From the IMG/VR virus record IMGVR_UViG_3300008448_000043: a stretch of DNA of 64,000 nt; one strand, 5' to 3'. The DNA is from an uncultured virus (IMG/VR IMGVR_UViG_3300008448_000043). Its lineage: Duplodnaviria; Heunggongvirae; Uroviricota; Caudoviricetes. The notes under the pieces are model-generated. The model had not been told where the DNA came from, made no database searches, and worked only from the letters and a program-made list of their open reading frames with translations. Positions 16,840-27,328 of this stretch are shown here, in pieces (the first letter of the stretch is position 1; each line of letters opens with the position of its first letter). The position numbers and the translations under genes are program-made.

Positions 16840-17956
16840 TCTCCAATGCTTCTAAAAAATCAACTAGTTGGTTGGGATCATGATCGATTATCTCATCAAA
16901 AATTTGTTTGTTTTCATCGGAGAGGTGTTCGTAAATTGTGTTCAATAGATCGGTCAAATCATCTTCGAAATAGTCAGCCTCTTCTTTGAGAGGTTTAGGA
17001 GGTCTGCTATAATCAACCTCTTGAGCAATATTCTGATGAAGATCTTCTAGAGCTCTATTAATGTTTTTAATAGCGCTAACATGATGCCACTGTGCCTCAC
17101 CTTTATTATAGTTTTTATTATTTGTCACGTTATCATAGTGGCTGGAAAGTGCTTTGGTAATACCCTTGATGTGCTTAGCAGCTATGTTATGATGATCTTG
17201 GAAAGCCTTGTGTGAGTCTTCGCTTTCGTTAATATATTCTGCTTCCTCATTGGCTTTCATCTTCTTCATTCTGTCAACTGCTCTGTGAACACCCTTATCT
17301 CTGGTACCAGGAGTCAATAATGCTACACCTCTATTACCACCTTTTCCCGGGAGGTTTTCTTTTTTAGCTTTGTCTACATAGCTGCGTAAAGTTCCGTGGC
17401 TCAACTCATCCAACTCCTCCACATCTTCTGCAACCTTCTTAGCTGTGGCAGTAGCAATAGCCATCTTCTTAGCCATCGGCATATTTGGATTCTCACGTTT
17501 GATAGCCTTTGCAACATCTTCACGCTTTTTCATTTCAGCTGGAGTAAGCTTCTTTTCATTAAGATTATCTTCTTTGAGGTGCTTGATTTTAGCACCCATA
17601 TCTGTAGCATCATCTAACTCTGTATCAGATAGATGCTCTCCAACTTTAATCCCATCAGCTAGCTCTTTACCGACAGCATGAACTTTGTATTTCGTTTTTC
17701 CGTTGACGCTAACAGGTTTTACATGAAGTGCCATTGGATGAACAGCCTCATATACCTTCTCGTCATTACCAGGGTTATATCCGTGCTCTGTCTCACGATC
17801 TACTGGTTTAATATTGGAAGCGTTGAATAGGTTATCATCCTGAGTACCTTTATCATCAAGTTTAGATTTAACGACAATATGCTTGTCTTTAAACCTTTTT
17901 TCATCTTTTGATTTTGGAGCATAAACTTCCAAAATATTTTTAAGCGACTTGGCCAT
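16823..17956 (-). CDS. prohead core / internal head protein (gp68 position)
   Basis: Highly charged, modules separated by hydrophobic-x-E sites; located between gp67 and gp21. Confidence 0.65.
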   Translation of the reverse strand: MAKSLKNILEVYAPKSKDEKRFKDKHIVVKSKLDDKGTQDDNLFNASNIKPVDRETEHGYNPGNDEKVYEAVHPMALHVKPVSVNGKTKYKVHAVGKELADGIKVGEHLSDTELDDATDMGAKIKHLKEDNLNEKKLTPAEMKKREDVAKAIKRENPNMPMAKKMAIATATAKKVAEDVEELDELSHGTLRSYVDKAKKENLPGKGGNRGVALLTPGTRDKGVHRAVDRMKKMKANEEAEYINESEDSHKAFQDHHNIAAKHIKGITKALSSHYDNVTNNKNYNKGEAQWHHVSAIKNINRALEDLHQNIAQEVDYSRPPKPLKEEADYFEDDLTDLLNTIYEHLSDENKQIFDEIIDHDPNQLVDFLEALEIEYGQ

Positions 17957-18185
17957 CTTGTGTATCCTCTATGTCTTCGATGTTATTATCTTGATCAGCA
18001 TCTTGATCAAGTTCATCCTTGGTGCCAAAGAACCTTTGAGCTACCTCTACTTTTTTCTGCTGAATAGAATCGTACAATCTACCCATCATTAATTCATTAA
18101 AAACATCCTGCATCTTAGCAGGCTGACCTTCATAAGCGTATTTAACAAGGTCACTCACTTCATATTGTGTTGGTTCGACTTCCAT
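17940..18185 (-). CDS. gp67: prohead core protein gp67-like
   Basis: Small acidic protein right after portal; 'KKVEVAQRFFG'. Confidence 0.7.
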   Translation of the reverse strand: MEVEPTQYEVSDLVKYAYEGQPAKMQDVFNELMMGRLYDSIQQKKVEVAQRFFGTKDELDQDADQDNNIEDIEDTQDGQVA

Positions 18186-18197
18186 TGATACTCCTAT

Positions 18198-19721
18198 TTA
18201 TTGTTGAGGTTCAGGTGGTGGAGGAGGATACAAAATCTGGTTCTTAAGCTCATCAATTATCTGAGCATCTTGAGATTGCTTGTCCTCATCACTCATTTTA
18301 AATATATTGGTTCTTACCCAATCGTGAGAATAATACTTGCCTATGTATGGAACCATTAAAGATGCAGTATTAGTTCTTGTAGTCATTACCTCAGTTTCTT
18401 TTAACTCTTCGTAGTAGTTATCTTTAGAGTAATCAAAAGCAACGTACTGTGACATTACTTTCCAGTCATCCACTGTTACAATACCCTTAAGCACAAGTTG
18501 CTTTTCCAAACACTTTAAGAAAAGACTTGAAAACTTATTTCTCATACGATTGATAAACTTAGAGAACTTTACTTCATCTCTAGTTATCTCTGTTGCACGA
18601 CCAATCGAATAAACTTGTTCTGATTGTAGTCTAGTAACAGGTACGTTCAATGACTGATATAGCTTCTTCTGAAAATATTCAACATCTTCTATCTTACCTA
18701 GATTCTCTCCACCAGGCAAAGTAGTAATTTCAGTTCCACGATTACCTTCTCTTCTTGGAAGCCAGTAATCTTCAAGCATTGTCATGAACTTTCTATCATC
18801 TCTCACTTCACCAGTGGATGCGTCATACACAAGCCGATTCTTATGACGAACCATCATATCTCGAAGATACTGCTCGGCTTTCATCTTCGGTAGATTTCCA
18901 ACGTCAATATAAAATATTCTTCTTTCAGGAGCTCTTGATAATCTGTAGATAACAGTAGCATCTTCAAGAACTCTCAACTGATTGAGTGGTTTGATTGCTT
19001 TGTGCAAATAGGAAATGACCATGGTACCGTTGGTATCCATAAGTCCTGAAGTACAGTGTACAATTGAATCTTTAGCAATCTTTAAACCTGTAGCTGGCGA
19101 AGCAGCTGCTGATCCGCTCCCAATACCTTGAGCATTATATCCCTTTTCGTTGTAGATATAATACTCTCTTGCAGTAGTGGTTATAACTGTATCAGTTTTT
19201 AGATCTTTCTTTTTCTTTTGCTCACGTATTTTTCTGATCTTTCTAGGATCTATATTACGGAGTTCTTTAATACCTTGTCTTGGGTTCTTATCGTCTATGA
19301 TGACGTGATAGTACAATCTACCATCAATATACCATTTACGAAACAAGTCATAAGCAGAGTTTTCGAAGTTTAGTAAACTCTTAATGCCTTCAAATTCTTG
19401 GAGAATCGCTTGTTTGACAGCATCTGGATAAGGTAGTCTATCTAAATTGAGTTCAACTACTTTCTCATCATACTCTAGAACGATTGCCTCGTTTACTATT
19501 TCATCCACAGCTCTATCAATATCTGCTGTGATTGACATATCCCTGTAACGGGTTACAAGCTCTGCTTCAGTTCTAGCAGTGCCTTCTAAATCTACATATG
19601 TACCATAAGAGCCACCAGCAGCTACAATAGCTGCTCCATCATCATTTGTTGGAGGTACAAACGACTCTAGAGGTTCCTCTGGTATACGTTTTCTAAACTC
19701 AAAGCCAAACAAACTTGCCAT
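18198..19721 (-). CDS. gp20: portal protein
   Basis: 'RAPERRIFYIDVGNLPKMKAEQY', 'EDYWLPRREG', 'TEITTLPGGENLG'. Confidence 0.97.
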   Translation of the reverse strand: MASLFGFEFRKRIPEEPLESFVPPTNDDGAAIVAAGGSYGTYVDLEGTARTEAELVTRYRDMSITADIDRAVDEIVNEAIVLEYDEKVVELNLDRLPYPDAVKQAILQEFEGIKSLLNFENSAYDLFRKWYIDGRLYYHVIIDDKNPRQGIKELRNIDPRKIRKIREQKKKKDLKTDTVITTTAREYYIYNEKGYNAQGIGSGSAAASPATGLKIAKDSIVHCTSGLMDTNGTMVISYLHKAIKPLNQLRVLEDATVIYRLSRAPERRIFYIDVGNLPKMKAEQYLRDMMVRHKNRLVYDASTGEVRDDRKFMTMLEDYWLPRREGNRGTEITTLPGGENLGKIEDVEYFQKKLYQSLNVPVTRLQSEQVYSIGRATEITRDEVKFSKFINRMRNKFSSLFLKCLEKQLVLKGIVTVDDWKVMSQYVAFDYSKDNYYEELKETEVMTTRTNTASLMVPYIGKYYSHDWVRTNIFKMSDEDKQSQDAQIIDELKNQILYPPPPPEPQQ

Positions 19722-19735
19722 ATTATCCTCTTGTT

Positions 19736-19760
19736 AGAAAGGGGGCACTGCCCCCTTCTT
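19736..19760 (-). terminator. probable terminator after gp19
   Basis: AAGGGGGC/GCCCCCTT hairpin followed by TTTCT. Confidence 0.6.
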
Positions 19761-19771
19761 TATTCACCATT

Positions 19772-20317
19772 TTAAACTATACCAGCTAAAGGATTAGCAT
19801 CCCAATAATCATAAGACCAAGTGATTGAGTATTCTTCAATCTGGTCTGCTGCACCCCAATCAAGAGCTATTTCACTAACAGCAGTTGGGAAGCAGCCTAT
19901 TAAACTAATAGACTTAAGAGGAATACCAATTCCAGCACCCTTCTTAGAGTATTGAGTTACACGTAGATCTTTTTTATACTCGTTAGGATATGCTCTGAAA
20001 TTGGTTGTCTTGTTATTCATAATTTCAATCCAATTTTCTACGGCATTTCTAATAATGAATCCTTCATCGTTCATTATTGTTGTTGTCCAGTCACCGTATG
20101 TTCTTTCACCAGCAATTTTAATTGTTCTACCACCATAAGGAACTTGGATCTGACCAATAGAAGAGGCCGGTAAACTTGCTGATCTAACAAGAAAAGGACT
20201 AAAAGGAATCAGGGGTGCAACACCCGCGGGTGTTGCAATACTAACTGTGAATAACGACGGTCTTGCAAAATCGGTAGTACTTACTAGCGATTTGAAAGTA
20301 TTAATATTGAAAGCCAT
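19772..20317 (-). CDS. gp19: tail tube protein
   Basis: 'ARPSLF', 'GRTIKIAGERTYGDWTTTIMND', 'IEEYSITWSYDYW'. Confidence 0.95.
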   Translation of the reverse strand: MAFNINTFKSLVSTTDFARPSLFTVSIATPAGVAPLIPFSPFLVRSASLPASSIGQIQVPYGGRTIKIAGERTYGDWTTTIMNDEGFIIRNAVENWIEIMNNKTTNFRAYPNEYKKDLRVTQYSKKGAGIGIPLKSISLIGCFPTAVSEIALDWGAADQIEEYSITWSYDYWDANPLAGIV

Positions 20318-20333
20318 TTATGATTCTCCTTGA

Positions 20334-22625
20334 TTAAAACTTACCAACAACTTCGTCAAACGCAACACCTGTTCTTACAGCAACAAAGTTGAGTTGGATA
20401 AAGTTAATTGATTTAGCAGGCTTAATGTATATATCTCCCACAAATTCATTTCTATCAATCACTTCACCTGTGTTGTTGGTGGAATCACAAACGACTCTGA
20501 AGTCGTAAATACCTCTTCTACCTTGTACATCTCTCAAGAATGGCTCAACTAAGGAAACAAACTGTGCTCTAGTGAACTCATCGTTAAACTCAAATAGTGA
20601 GAATTTAGCAGCAGTAGAAATAGCTTTTTCCAAAGTAATGAACAATCTACGTACGTTAATTCTATCAAAAGCGCTTGGCTTAGCCAACGCTGTTTTATCT
20701 CCAAATAGAACTGTACCCTGTCCTGGGAACGAAACTACAGGATTAACACCATTCTTGTAAAGAACATCTCTGTTAGCTTTGTCTGGATTATAGGCCAGTT
20801 TAATAATGTTCTTGATCTGGCCACGATTGAAACCAGCTGGTGAGAACCATGGATCCCTAGTAGAATCTGTTCTAACGCATAGACCAGCTATATCACCGTT
20901 CAGAGGAATATAACGGAATGTATCGCTGTACTTGTCGTACATATACTTGTAACCTGAGTCAATGACCAAGTAAGAAGAAGAACGACATGAATTTCTGAAT
21001 GTTACAACATCATTTGATTCATCTCTGCTAGCGTTATTAACAACATCGTCCTTTTCTGGAGAAGCAAGAACGATGCAGTCTTTTCTGACCTCAGCAATGT
21101 TATCTACAAGGTAATTAGCTATTTGCTCACCATTAGTACCGCCTCTTGATTTACCTGTCATCAGTAGAGATACATCCACTTCTTCTGATACAAACATATC
21201 GTAAGCAGATAACAATCTACCCATTGGAATTACAGACTCATCATCTCCATCTTGACCATTGTGGAACGATGCATATAGTGGAAGAGTGTTAGCACTAGAT
21301 AAGGTTGATGCAAGACCAGAGCTCACACCGCTTCTATCATTAGCCCATCTAATATAAGTGCTAGTGTCATTAATGACTGTCTTATAGTAGTTTGTTGCAC
21401 CGTCATTTGTTTTTGCATCTGTTGCTCTTGATAGACCTGCGAATACTTCTAGAACTGTTCCTGGAACACCTGTAAACTTACCATCCTCATCAGATACTAC
21501 AATGTGCAATTCATCAACAGCAGATGAATTACCAAAGTTTGCTTGGTAGTCTGAAGTACCTGGAGCTGTGTCAACTACATTGAAATACTCCCAGTATGCA
21601 GAAACAGTATTGCTAGAGTAGTTAGTAGAAAGCTGATATGAGTTGTCAACACTTACAGTAAAGTATCTATGCGTTGAATTTGCAAACATTGAGTTAGTAC
21701 CCATAACACTTGGTATAGAAGTGATTTTCAGATACTGTTTACCAATTGAGCTGTTACCAACTTCAACAATATCATTTAGCTTCAATCTAGATAAAACTGT
21801 ACCTAATTGGGTGTTAGCTTCAGTCAAAGCACCAGATGCACTATTTGCTAGAGCAATTGTAAGTGTATTAGAACCAACTGTAACCGAGACTGTACCCGAT
21901 GCTAAGTTGGCATCGCCGCCTTGAATATTAATTGATCTTGAATAAGCATTGACACTATCACAAACTGAAACTTTGAGAGAGTTGCCTAGATCGCCAGGAT
22001 ACTTTGCAATGTATAGAAGATCTGTATCGGAAAAAGATAATGTTTGATAATGTTCATCATTCTTAACTGTCGATGTCCCTGCAAAGTTGTTAACAGCGAT
22101 AGTGTTAGAACTGTTAGATGTTGCAATAGCACTCAATACAGAATTAGAGCTATACCAGTACGCATTTGTACTTGTTTCAACACCATTAGCCGATACTGAA
22201 ATAACAAATGAAGTAGAATTAGTAATCGACTGAATTAATGCTCCATCTGGAACAGTAGTCATTCCAGCAACTCTCATACCAGTAGCTAGGCTAGTAGTAC
22301 TTGTAGTTGTGATATTTGGGGAAGAGCTTGTTGTTGTACAATCTACGTAAGCTGTGGCTGGAGTTGTATTACCAGCTCTAACAACGTAAAGAGCATTACC
22401 GTAAGCTAAAAAACTAGCTCCAGTAAAGAATGTTTCGGGATTATGGTTGGTTGGTTTACCAAATCTTGAGACGAGATCGATTTCTGAACTGACCAAAGTC
22501 CTTGTTTCAATAGGACCCCACTTAAAAACACCAGCCACAGCACCCACTGAAGAGGATACGGCTGGAACGACTGTCGTTAAGTCAATTTCAGATACGTTTA
22601 CACCAGGACTAACTTGAAATGCCAT
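20334..22625 (-). CDS. gp18: tail sheath protein
   Basis: 'SPGVNVSEIDLT', 'PWFSPAGFNRG', 'FDRINVRRLF'. Confidence 0.97.
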   Translation of the reverse strand: MAFQVSPGVNVSEIDLTTVVPAVSSSVGAVAGVFKWGPIETRTLVSSEIDLVSRFGKPTNHNPETFFTGASFLAYGNALYVVRAGNTTPATAYVDCTTTSSSPNITTTSTTSLATGMRVAGMTTVPDGALIQSITNSTSFVISVSANGVETSTNAYWYSSNSVLSAIATSNSSNTIAVNNFAGTSTVKNDEHYQTLSFSDTDLLYIAKYPGDLGNSLKVSVCDSVNAYSRSINIQGGDANLASGTVSVTVGSNTLTIALANSASGALTEANTQLGTVLSRLKLNDIVEVGNSSIGKQYLKITSIPSVMGTNSMFANSTHRYFTVSVDNSYQLSTNYSSNTVSAYWEYFNVVDTAPGTSDYQANFGNSSAVDELHIVVSDEDGKFTGVPGTVLEVFAGLSRATDAKTNDGATNYYKTVINDTSTYIRWANDRSGVSSGLASTLSSANTLPLYASFHNGQDGDDESVIPMGRLLSAYDMFVSEEVDVSLLMTGKSRGGTNGEQIANYLVDNIAEVRKDCIVLASPEKDDVVNNASRDESNDVVTFRNSCRSSSYLVIDSGYKYMYDKYSDTFRYIPLNGDIAGLCVRTDSTRDPWFSPAGFNRGQIKNIIKLAYNPDKANRDVLYKNGVNPVVSFPGQGTVLFGDKTALAKPSAFDRINVRRLFITLEKAISTAAKFSLFEFNDEFTRAQFVSLVEPFLRDVQGRRGIYDFRVVCDSTNNTGEVIDRNEFVGDIYIKPAKSINFIQLNFVAVRTGVAFDEVVGKF

Positions 22626-22655
22626 TTTATTCTCCTAAAGACGAGAGTTTCTTTA

Positions 22656-22663
22656 TATTTATA
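22656..22663 (-). promoter_or_regulatory. T4 late promoter TATAAATA for gp18
   Basis: Exact consensus in the intergenic gap. Confidence 0.8.
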
Positions 22664-22679
22664 ATATTATTATTCTCCA

Positions 22680-24296
22680 CTAAGATAGCATGAATTTTGT
22701 GAAGGAGTCAGTGTTGACAACAGGCTGCTCCTCTTCAGGCTGGCCATCATAAATTATTCCAAACGGTGTTACATCATCTTCTAAATATCTTTTATGCTCA
22801 TCCACGAGCCTTCTTCTAATATCTAAGTTACTCAATTCCCTAATAAACGTTTGTGTCATTATCCAACCAAAATGCACACCACACATAGCTAAGTCATCAT
22901 TACCATCTTCTGCTTCATACGTTTGACCATTGCTTACAAACCTATACAACTCACCAATAAGATCGATATCATTTAACTCAACCTTATCATTTTCAACCAA
23001 TGCTTTAAAATTATTACATCCAATCTTCTTTGTGGATTTTGTTGTTCTTATACCTTTGTACGATGTTCCACCAAAACCCTGAGAGACTTCTACAGACCCT
23101 TTTGGATTCTTAGCAGTATATACAATATTCTCATATTCTAGATCCTCATGGAGGATATCTACAACCTGCTGACCAATATCATTTATTTCAACAAGTACGT
23201 GAGCATTGAAGAAGTTTCTTGCTGTATTGTATATTACTTCCGGGAACAGTAGTGGTGATATGTTGTTGTTTCTATAAGTAGCAACTACCTTATATGGTGC
23301 TTCAGAAATATCACACACTATAAATGCAGAGTAATCCCCACCCAACCCTCTTGAAACATCAACCATCATTACGTAGAGACCAGTTTGCCTAGGCTCATGA
23401 AATAACTTAAAATGTTCTGTTTGCTTTATTGGTTCGTTGAAAACCAACCTTCTTAATGCCTCTGGTGATATTAACGTATTAGATGATCCTAGAAATTCAC
23501 ATTCAAACTCTTGCCTAAACTGTTCCTTAGACGTGTTACGTATGGTTTCTTCTTTCCACGCTTCATCTCTACCTGGAACATCTGACCAGTGAACATCAAT
23601 CCTTTTGTAGGAGTTACGATCATTCTCACTATCAACCCACAGCTTGTAGAATAAGTTCAAACCGTTAGGTGTAGATGTTATCAATACTTTTGTAGTAGAT
23701 CCTGAAGAGATAGTAGGATAAACTGAAGAGAAAAAGCTTTCCTGGATGTTGTTTGGAACAAATGCAAACTCATCTAGATACACAAGGTTCTGAGAAGTAC
23801 CTCGTATTGCAGATGATCCAGTAGCTTCAGCCTGTATTATAGAACCGTTTTCTAATTCAATGCTACCTTTATTCCATTCTTTAATTCCTTGCTGCAGCCA
23901 CTTTGGTAAATGCTCGTAAGCTAACTGAATTCTACCAAGAATCTCATGAGCTTGTTTTTCTTTGTTAGCAAGAATAGCTATTCTATAATTCTCATTAAAC
24001 AGAGCGTGGTGCAATATAATACCAACAACGATTGTGGTTTTACCAACCTGACGAGGCATCTTACATATAACAAAACGCTCTCGCTCAAATAATTTTACGA
24101 TATCCTTTTGATAATCATATGGCTTAAACTGTATAAGACCACGATCAACGTTAATAATTTTGACGTAATTTTCAATAAAGTAAATTGGATCTCTTGCACA
24201 CTTCACATACTCTTGAATCTGTTCTTTAGTAAATTCAATAGTTACATCAGCACGTTTAAGATTCTTATTACCTAGGTAATTTTCATTCTTTTGCAT
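22680..24296 (-). CDS. gp17: terminase large subunit
   Basis: 'PRQVGKTT', 'YLDEFAF', 'TSTPNG', 'DVSRG..GDYSAF', 'NDDLAM'. Confidence 0.97.
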   Translation of the reverse strand: MQKNENYLGNKNLKRADVTIEFTKEQIQEYVKCARDPIYFIENYVKIINVDRGLIQFKPYDYQKDIVKLFERERFVICKMPRQVGKTTIVVGIILHHALFNENYRIAILANKEKQAHEILGRIQLAYEHLPKWLQQGIKEWNKGSIELENGSIIQAEATGSSAIRGTSQNLVYLDEFAFVPNNIQESFFSSVYPTISSGSTTKVLITSTPNGLNLFYKLWVDSENDRNSYKRIDVHWSDVPGRDEAWKEETIRNTSKEQFRQEFECEFLGSSNTLISPEALRRLVFNEPIKQTEHFKLFHEPRQTGLYVMMVDVSRGLGGDYSAFIVCDISEAPYKVVATYRNNNISPLLFPEVIYNTARNFFNAHVLVEINDIGQQVVDILHEDLEYENIVYTAKNPKGSVEVSQGFGGTSYKGIRTTKSTKKIGCNNFKALVENDKVELNDIDLIGELYRFVSNGQTYEAEDGNDDLAMCGVHFGWIMTQTFIRELSNLDIRRRLVDEHKRYLEDDVTPFGIIYDGQPEEEQPVVNTDSFTKFMLS

Positions 24297-24666
24297 TGTC
24301 TTTTATTAACTTCTGTAACTCAGCAGTTGACCCCACAAATAAATTATTATTTACTGTTTGGGGTTTAGAGTCTTCAGGATTAGCTATATCTTTCTGTCTT
24401 TTTTGAAGTTCAAGTAGATCTTTATTAGCATCCGCTAGCGTTTTTATTAATCCTGCAACCACTTCGTATGCCCTTGGATGTTGTGATTGTTGAGCTACTT
24501 CTAATACTCCATCCAAAGCTTCCTGTCCCTTCTCTAGAATAGAGAGCATGTTACCCCGTGCATATTCATAATCATTAGTTACTGGTAGCTGTTTTTTAGG
24601 TTCAGCAGGTAGCAATTCTTGGAGAGGAGTAATGTTTAAAGCGTCACTTATTGGATCATTAGTCAT
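24283..24666 (-). CDS. gp16: terminase small subunit
   Basis: 'DYEYARGN', 'HPRAYEV', 'NNLFVGSTAELQK'; start set at MTNDPI. Confidence 0.9.
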   Translation of the reverse strand: MTNDPISDALNITPLQELLPAEPKKQLPVTNDYEYARGNMLSILEKGQEALDGVLEVAQQSQHPRAYEVVAGLIKTLADANKDLLELQKRQKDIANPEDSKPQTVNNNLFVGSTAELQKLIKDNAKE

Positions 24667-25456
24667 AGAAATCTTCAATAGTCTGGGAGAAGGTGTAGTC
24701 ATCATCCGCTTCTATTTCACTCAATGTTTTACCAGCAACCACAGGGATCGTAGTTACAGTAGTTATCTTCTGATTAGAATCTATAGCATCAGAGAATGGG
24801 GTAGCAGTTCCAACTTCATAGAAATTAATCATTGATGTTTTAATAGATTTGATAGATTTAGTAGGACCAAACACATATCCTTTAAGAGTAAATTGTAGTG
24901 TCCATATCAACGCTCTTCTATTTAAAAAATCACCCTCGTATGTGTCTTCCGATGAAACAGAATTTAGTATGATGGGGATATCATACTTATGTTGCATGGT
25001 TGAATCTAGATTGAGTGTCGGTGTCCAGTCAGGCGTAAAGAATGGTAATATCTGCTCTAGTATTCTAGTACCATCATCAGCGTTTTTAACCATAATATAC
25101 AATACAAAATTAAAATCATAGGGTACAGGCATGTACTGATAATGCATTTTATTATTATTGTTTGGATCTTGAACAGCTATTTTATTGATGGTAGGTAGCT
25201 TTCTTTCCGGAGCGTAATTAACATCAATAAGTTCAAAACCCATCCTAGGTAGCTGAATTGCAACAGGCTTGTTGAGATTAGGATCTTGAGCAAGCCTAGA
25301 TACAAACTTCTGTTTTGGACCATAGGAGATAGGAATCTTTATTGTTTCACTGTGATCCGTACCATTATTTTTATTAATGTACACATCATTGAATATTGTA
25401 CCAAAAAGAATCACATACTTTCTTATAGTATCGTGATAAAAAACTTGATTAAACAT
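24659..25456 (-). CDS. gp15: tail sheath stabiliser / terminator
   Basis: 'FYHDTIRKYVILFGTIFN', 'LPRMGFE', 'EQILPFFTP'. Confidence 0.93.
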   Translation of the reverse strand: MFNQVFYHDTIRKYVILFGTIFNDVYINKNNGTDHSETIKIPISYGPKQKFVSRLAQDPNLNKPVAIQLPRMGFELIDVNYAPERKLPTINKIAVQDPNNNNKMHYQYMPVPYDFNFVLYIMVKNADDGTRILEQILPFFTPDWTPTLNLDSTMQHKYDIPIILNSVSSEDTYEGDFLNRRALIWTLQFTLKGYVFGPTKSIKSIKTSMINFYEVGTATPFSDAIDSNQKITTVTTIPVVAGKTLSEIEADDDYTFSQTIEDFYD

Positions 25457-26178
25457 TAATACCTTCCTTCACTAAATGGGTCTATTTCAGTAAAATCAAG
25501 TATTAGATCTGCCTCGGTTTGGAAATCTTCATTGTTTGATATAGGATCTTGAACTTCTATATCAAATCTTTCTTGAACTAGATCAAATCCATCTTCGTCT
25601 GTGAGAGATAAACCATCCTCTAGCATTAATGCAAAGTCAGACATATTGAAGGTAATATCTCTCTGACGTTCATCAACAAGAGGTATACCTGTGTTGAGTC
25701 TTTCGTTGTTGTATTCAAACAACTCACAAACCAAATCATAGGTCTGCAAGGATCCTAGCTGATAAAAAATAGCTTCATGTTCAACAAACCTTATTTCAAA
25801 TAACTTATTATTGAGAGGCATGAAAATAAGATCACCCTCTCTAGGTCTTTCGAGAAGAGAGGATGCGCCAATCTCTTCATTAAATGTCCTTCTTGCAATA
25901 GTGAAAGTAACCTGATCTCTTATTTCTAGATTGAATTTGGAAAGGAAATCACCCTGCCCACCAAAACCTTCAACGTTCTTAATATACATTTCAACATAAT
26001 ATTGTGAGTCAAATGATGATGTTTGCTCTTCACCAAGCACATCATCTATCCCTATTCTTGTTCTTGGTAGATAGAAAATATCATGCCCATATATTTTAAT
26101 GGATTCAACAACAAGATTTTCAATAAGAAGTTGTTCTTGGCTAGCTCCAAAATTATTAAAGAAGAATGAAGTAGCCAT
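25456..26178 (-). CDS. gp14: neck protein
   Basis: 'EQLLIENLVVESIKIYG', 'RPREGDLIF', 'DFTEIDPF'. Confidence 0.93.
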   Translation of the reverse strand: MATSFFFNNFGASQEQLLIENLVVESIKIYGHDIFYLPRTRIGIDDVLGEEQTSSFDSQYYVEMYIKNVEGFGGQGDFLSKFNLEIRDQVTFTIARRTFNEEIGASSLLERPREGDLIFMPLNNKLFEIRFVEHEAIFYQLGSLQTYDLVCELFEYNNERLNTGIPLVDERQRDITFNMSDFALMLEDGLSLTDEDGFDLVQERFDIEVQDPISNNEDFQTEADLILDFTEIDPFSEGRY

Positions 26179-26179
26179 T

Positions 26180-26920
26180 TTATCCTATCATGTCTGTGAC
26201 AGGAAGTGAGTAGCTAACAATCATTTCTTTTTCCAGTGCTTCAACTTCGTTGTCAGCGTCATTATATATTTTATCTCCGTTAAACTGAACACCGCCGGGT
26301 AGCTGCATACCAGAGAATTTAGTTAGGTTTGATCCCCACTGACGCTTAATTAAAGCAGCTGCATACCGTGCTAACCATCTATCACCCCACGCATCAGTGT
26401 AAGTGTTTGGATTAATAGTTTCATACGCTTCAACAATTAAAAAATTACCAACATTTACTTTATTCCAATCCATATCAACGTATAGTTTGTTTGTGTGTCG
26501 GTTATATCTAATTGGCTGTTGACCAACTAAAAGCTGCTCTAGAAGTTGAATATGCTGGAACGCCATATAGTAAGGAATCATCGAGACCGATGTCAAAGTG
26601 TATAGGTCATTCAAAGCAATCTGATATCTTATATCAAAAAGGTTATTGGTAACCATAGGATCACCAATATTAAATATACGTACAGCTCCAATAATATTTT
26701 CAGGAAGGGTTATATACTTATCAACAACATTATTAGCTGTTACCTGATGTTTGTAATACAACTTCTCAGATCCATCAAAATGATAATCCCAGTAGTATCT
26801 CAAAGCCTCATCTATTCTGTCTTCAACCTGATCATCATCAACATTAATCTCAATAACAGGCTTACCTAATTTTCTAAGGCAGTATTCTTTAAATTCGCTT
26901 CTTGTTGTAGGTGTGGCCAT
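26180..26920 (-). CDS. gp13: neck protein
   Basis: 'YCLRKLGKPVIEINVDDDQVEDRIDEAL', 'KRQWGSNLTKF'. Confidence 0.95.
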   Translation of the reverse strand: MATPTTRSEFKEYCLRKLGKPVIEINVDDDQVEDRIDEALRYYWDYHFDGSEKLYYKHQVTANNVVDKYITLPENIIGAVRIFNIGDPMVTNNLFDIRYQIALNDLYTLTSVSMIPYYMAFQHIQLLEQLLVGQQPIRYNRHTNKLYVDMDWNKVNVGNFLIVEAYETINPNTYTDAWGDRWLARYAAALIKRQWGSNLTKFSGMQLPGGVQFNGDKIYNDADNEVEALEKEMIVSYSLPVTDMIG

Positions 26921-26951
26921 TTTTTTGATCTTATGTTAATTGGTAATGATG

Positions 26952-27062
26952 CTATCCTGCAAAGCCTACATCTGATAATGGTTCGCCAGAAAATGTTCCC
27001 AGAGTAAGAACCTGTACCTGTGCTTGCGGGCTGACAAATAGAACCATGAATATTCCACTCAT
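26952..27062 (-). CDS. 36-aa peptide MSGIFMVLFVSPQAQVQVLTLGTFSGEPLSDVGFAG (not in ORF track)
   Basis: ATGA overlap with the upstream stop codon; GGAGG RBS; fills the gap before gp13. Confidence 0.6.
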   Translation of the reverse strand: MSGIFMVLFVSPQAQVQVLTLGTFSGEPLSDVGFAG

Positions 27063-27328
27063 GATGAGCCTCCAGAAAATACTACAGTTTCAGAGTCTAT
27101 GAAAGCCGCATTTATTAAACATCTTGGAAGAAAGCGCATTTCTTTGACCGAGTTATGTGTTCCGGATCTATAAGTATTTTTTATGTGAGAGTTAATCTTC
27201 AGTAAAAATTCGCTGTTGTTAAATAAAATTAATACATCACCAGCGTCAAATTCACCTGAAGCAATCTCTACTTCAGGTGAGCTTTCTATATTTATCAATT
27301 TATTAGCATGCTGTTTTTTAAGTATCAT
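27059..27328 (-). CDS. stand-alone paralogue of the C-terminal domain of the 34573-38070 fibre
   Basis: Ungapped visual alignment: FDAGDVLILFNN vs FTEGDAINIFNN; FIDSETVVFSG vs FISSTVCVIAG. Confidence 0.7.
   Translation of the reverse strand: MILKKQHANKLINIESSPEVEIASGEFDAGDVLILFNNSEFLLKINSHIKNTYRSGTHNSVKEMRFLPRCLINAAFIDSETVVFSGGSS

Noticed and set aside
24667..24705. Longer start for gp16
   Set aside because: Would overlap gp15 by 47 nt; ATG 24666 gives the usual short overlap
7199..26920. Stop-codon reassignment, introns or inteins in core genes
   Set aside because: Core genes are uninterrupted and of expected length under the standard code; no suppressor tRNA seen
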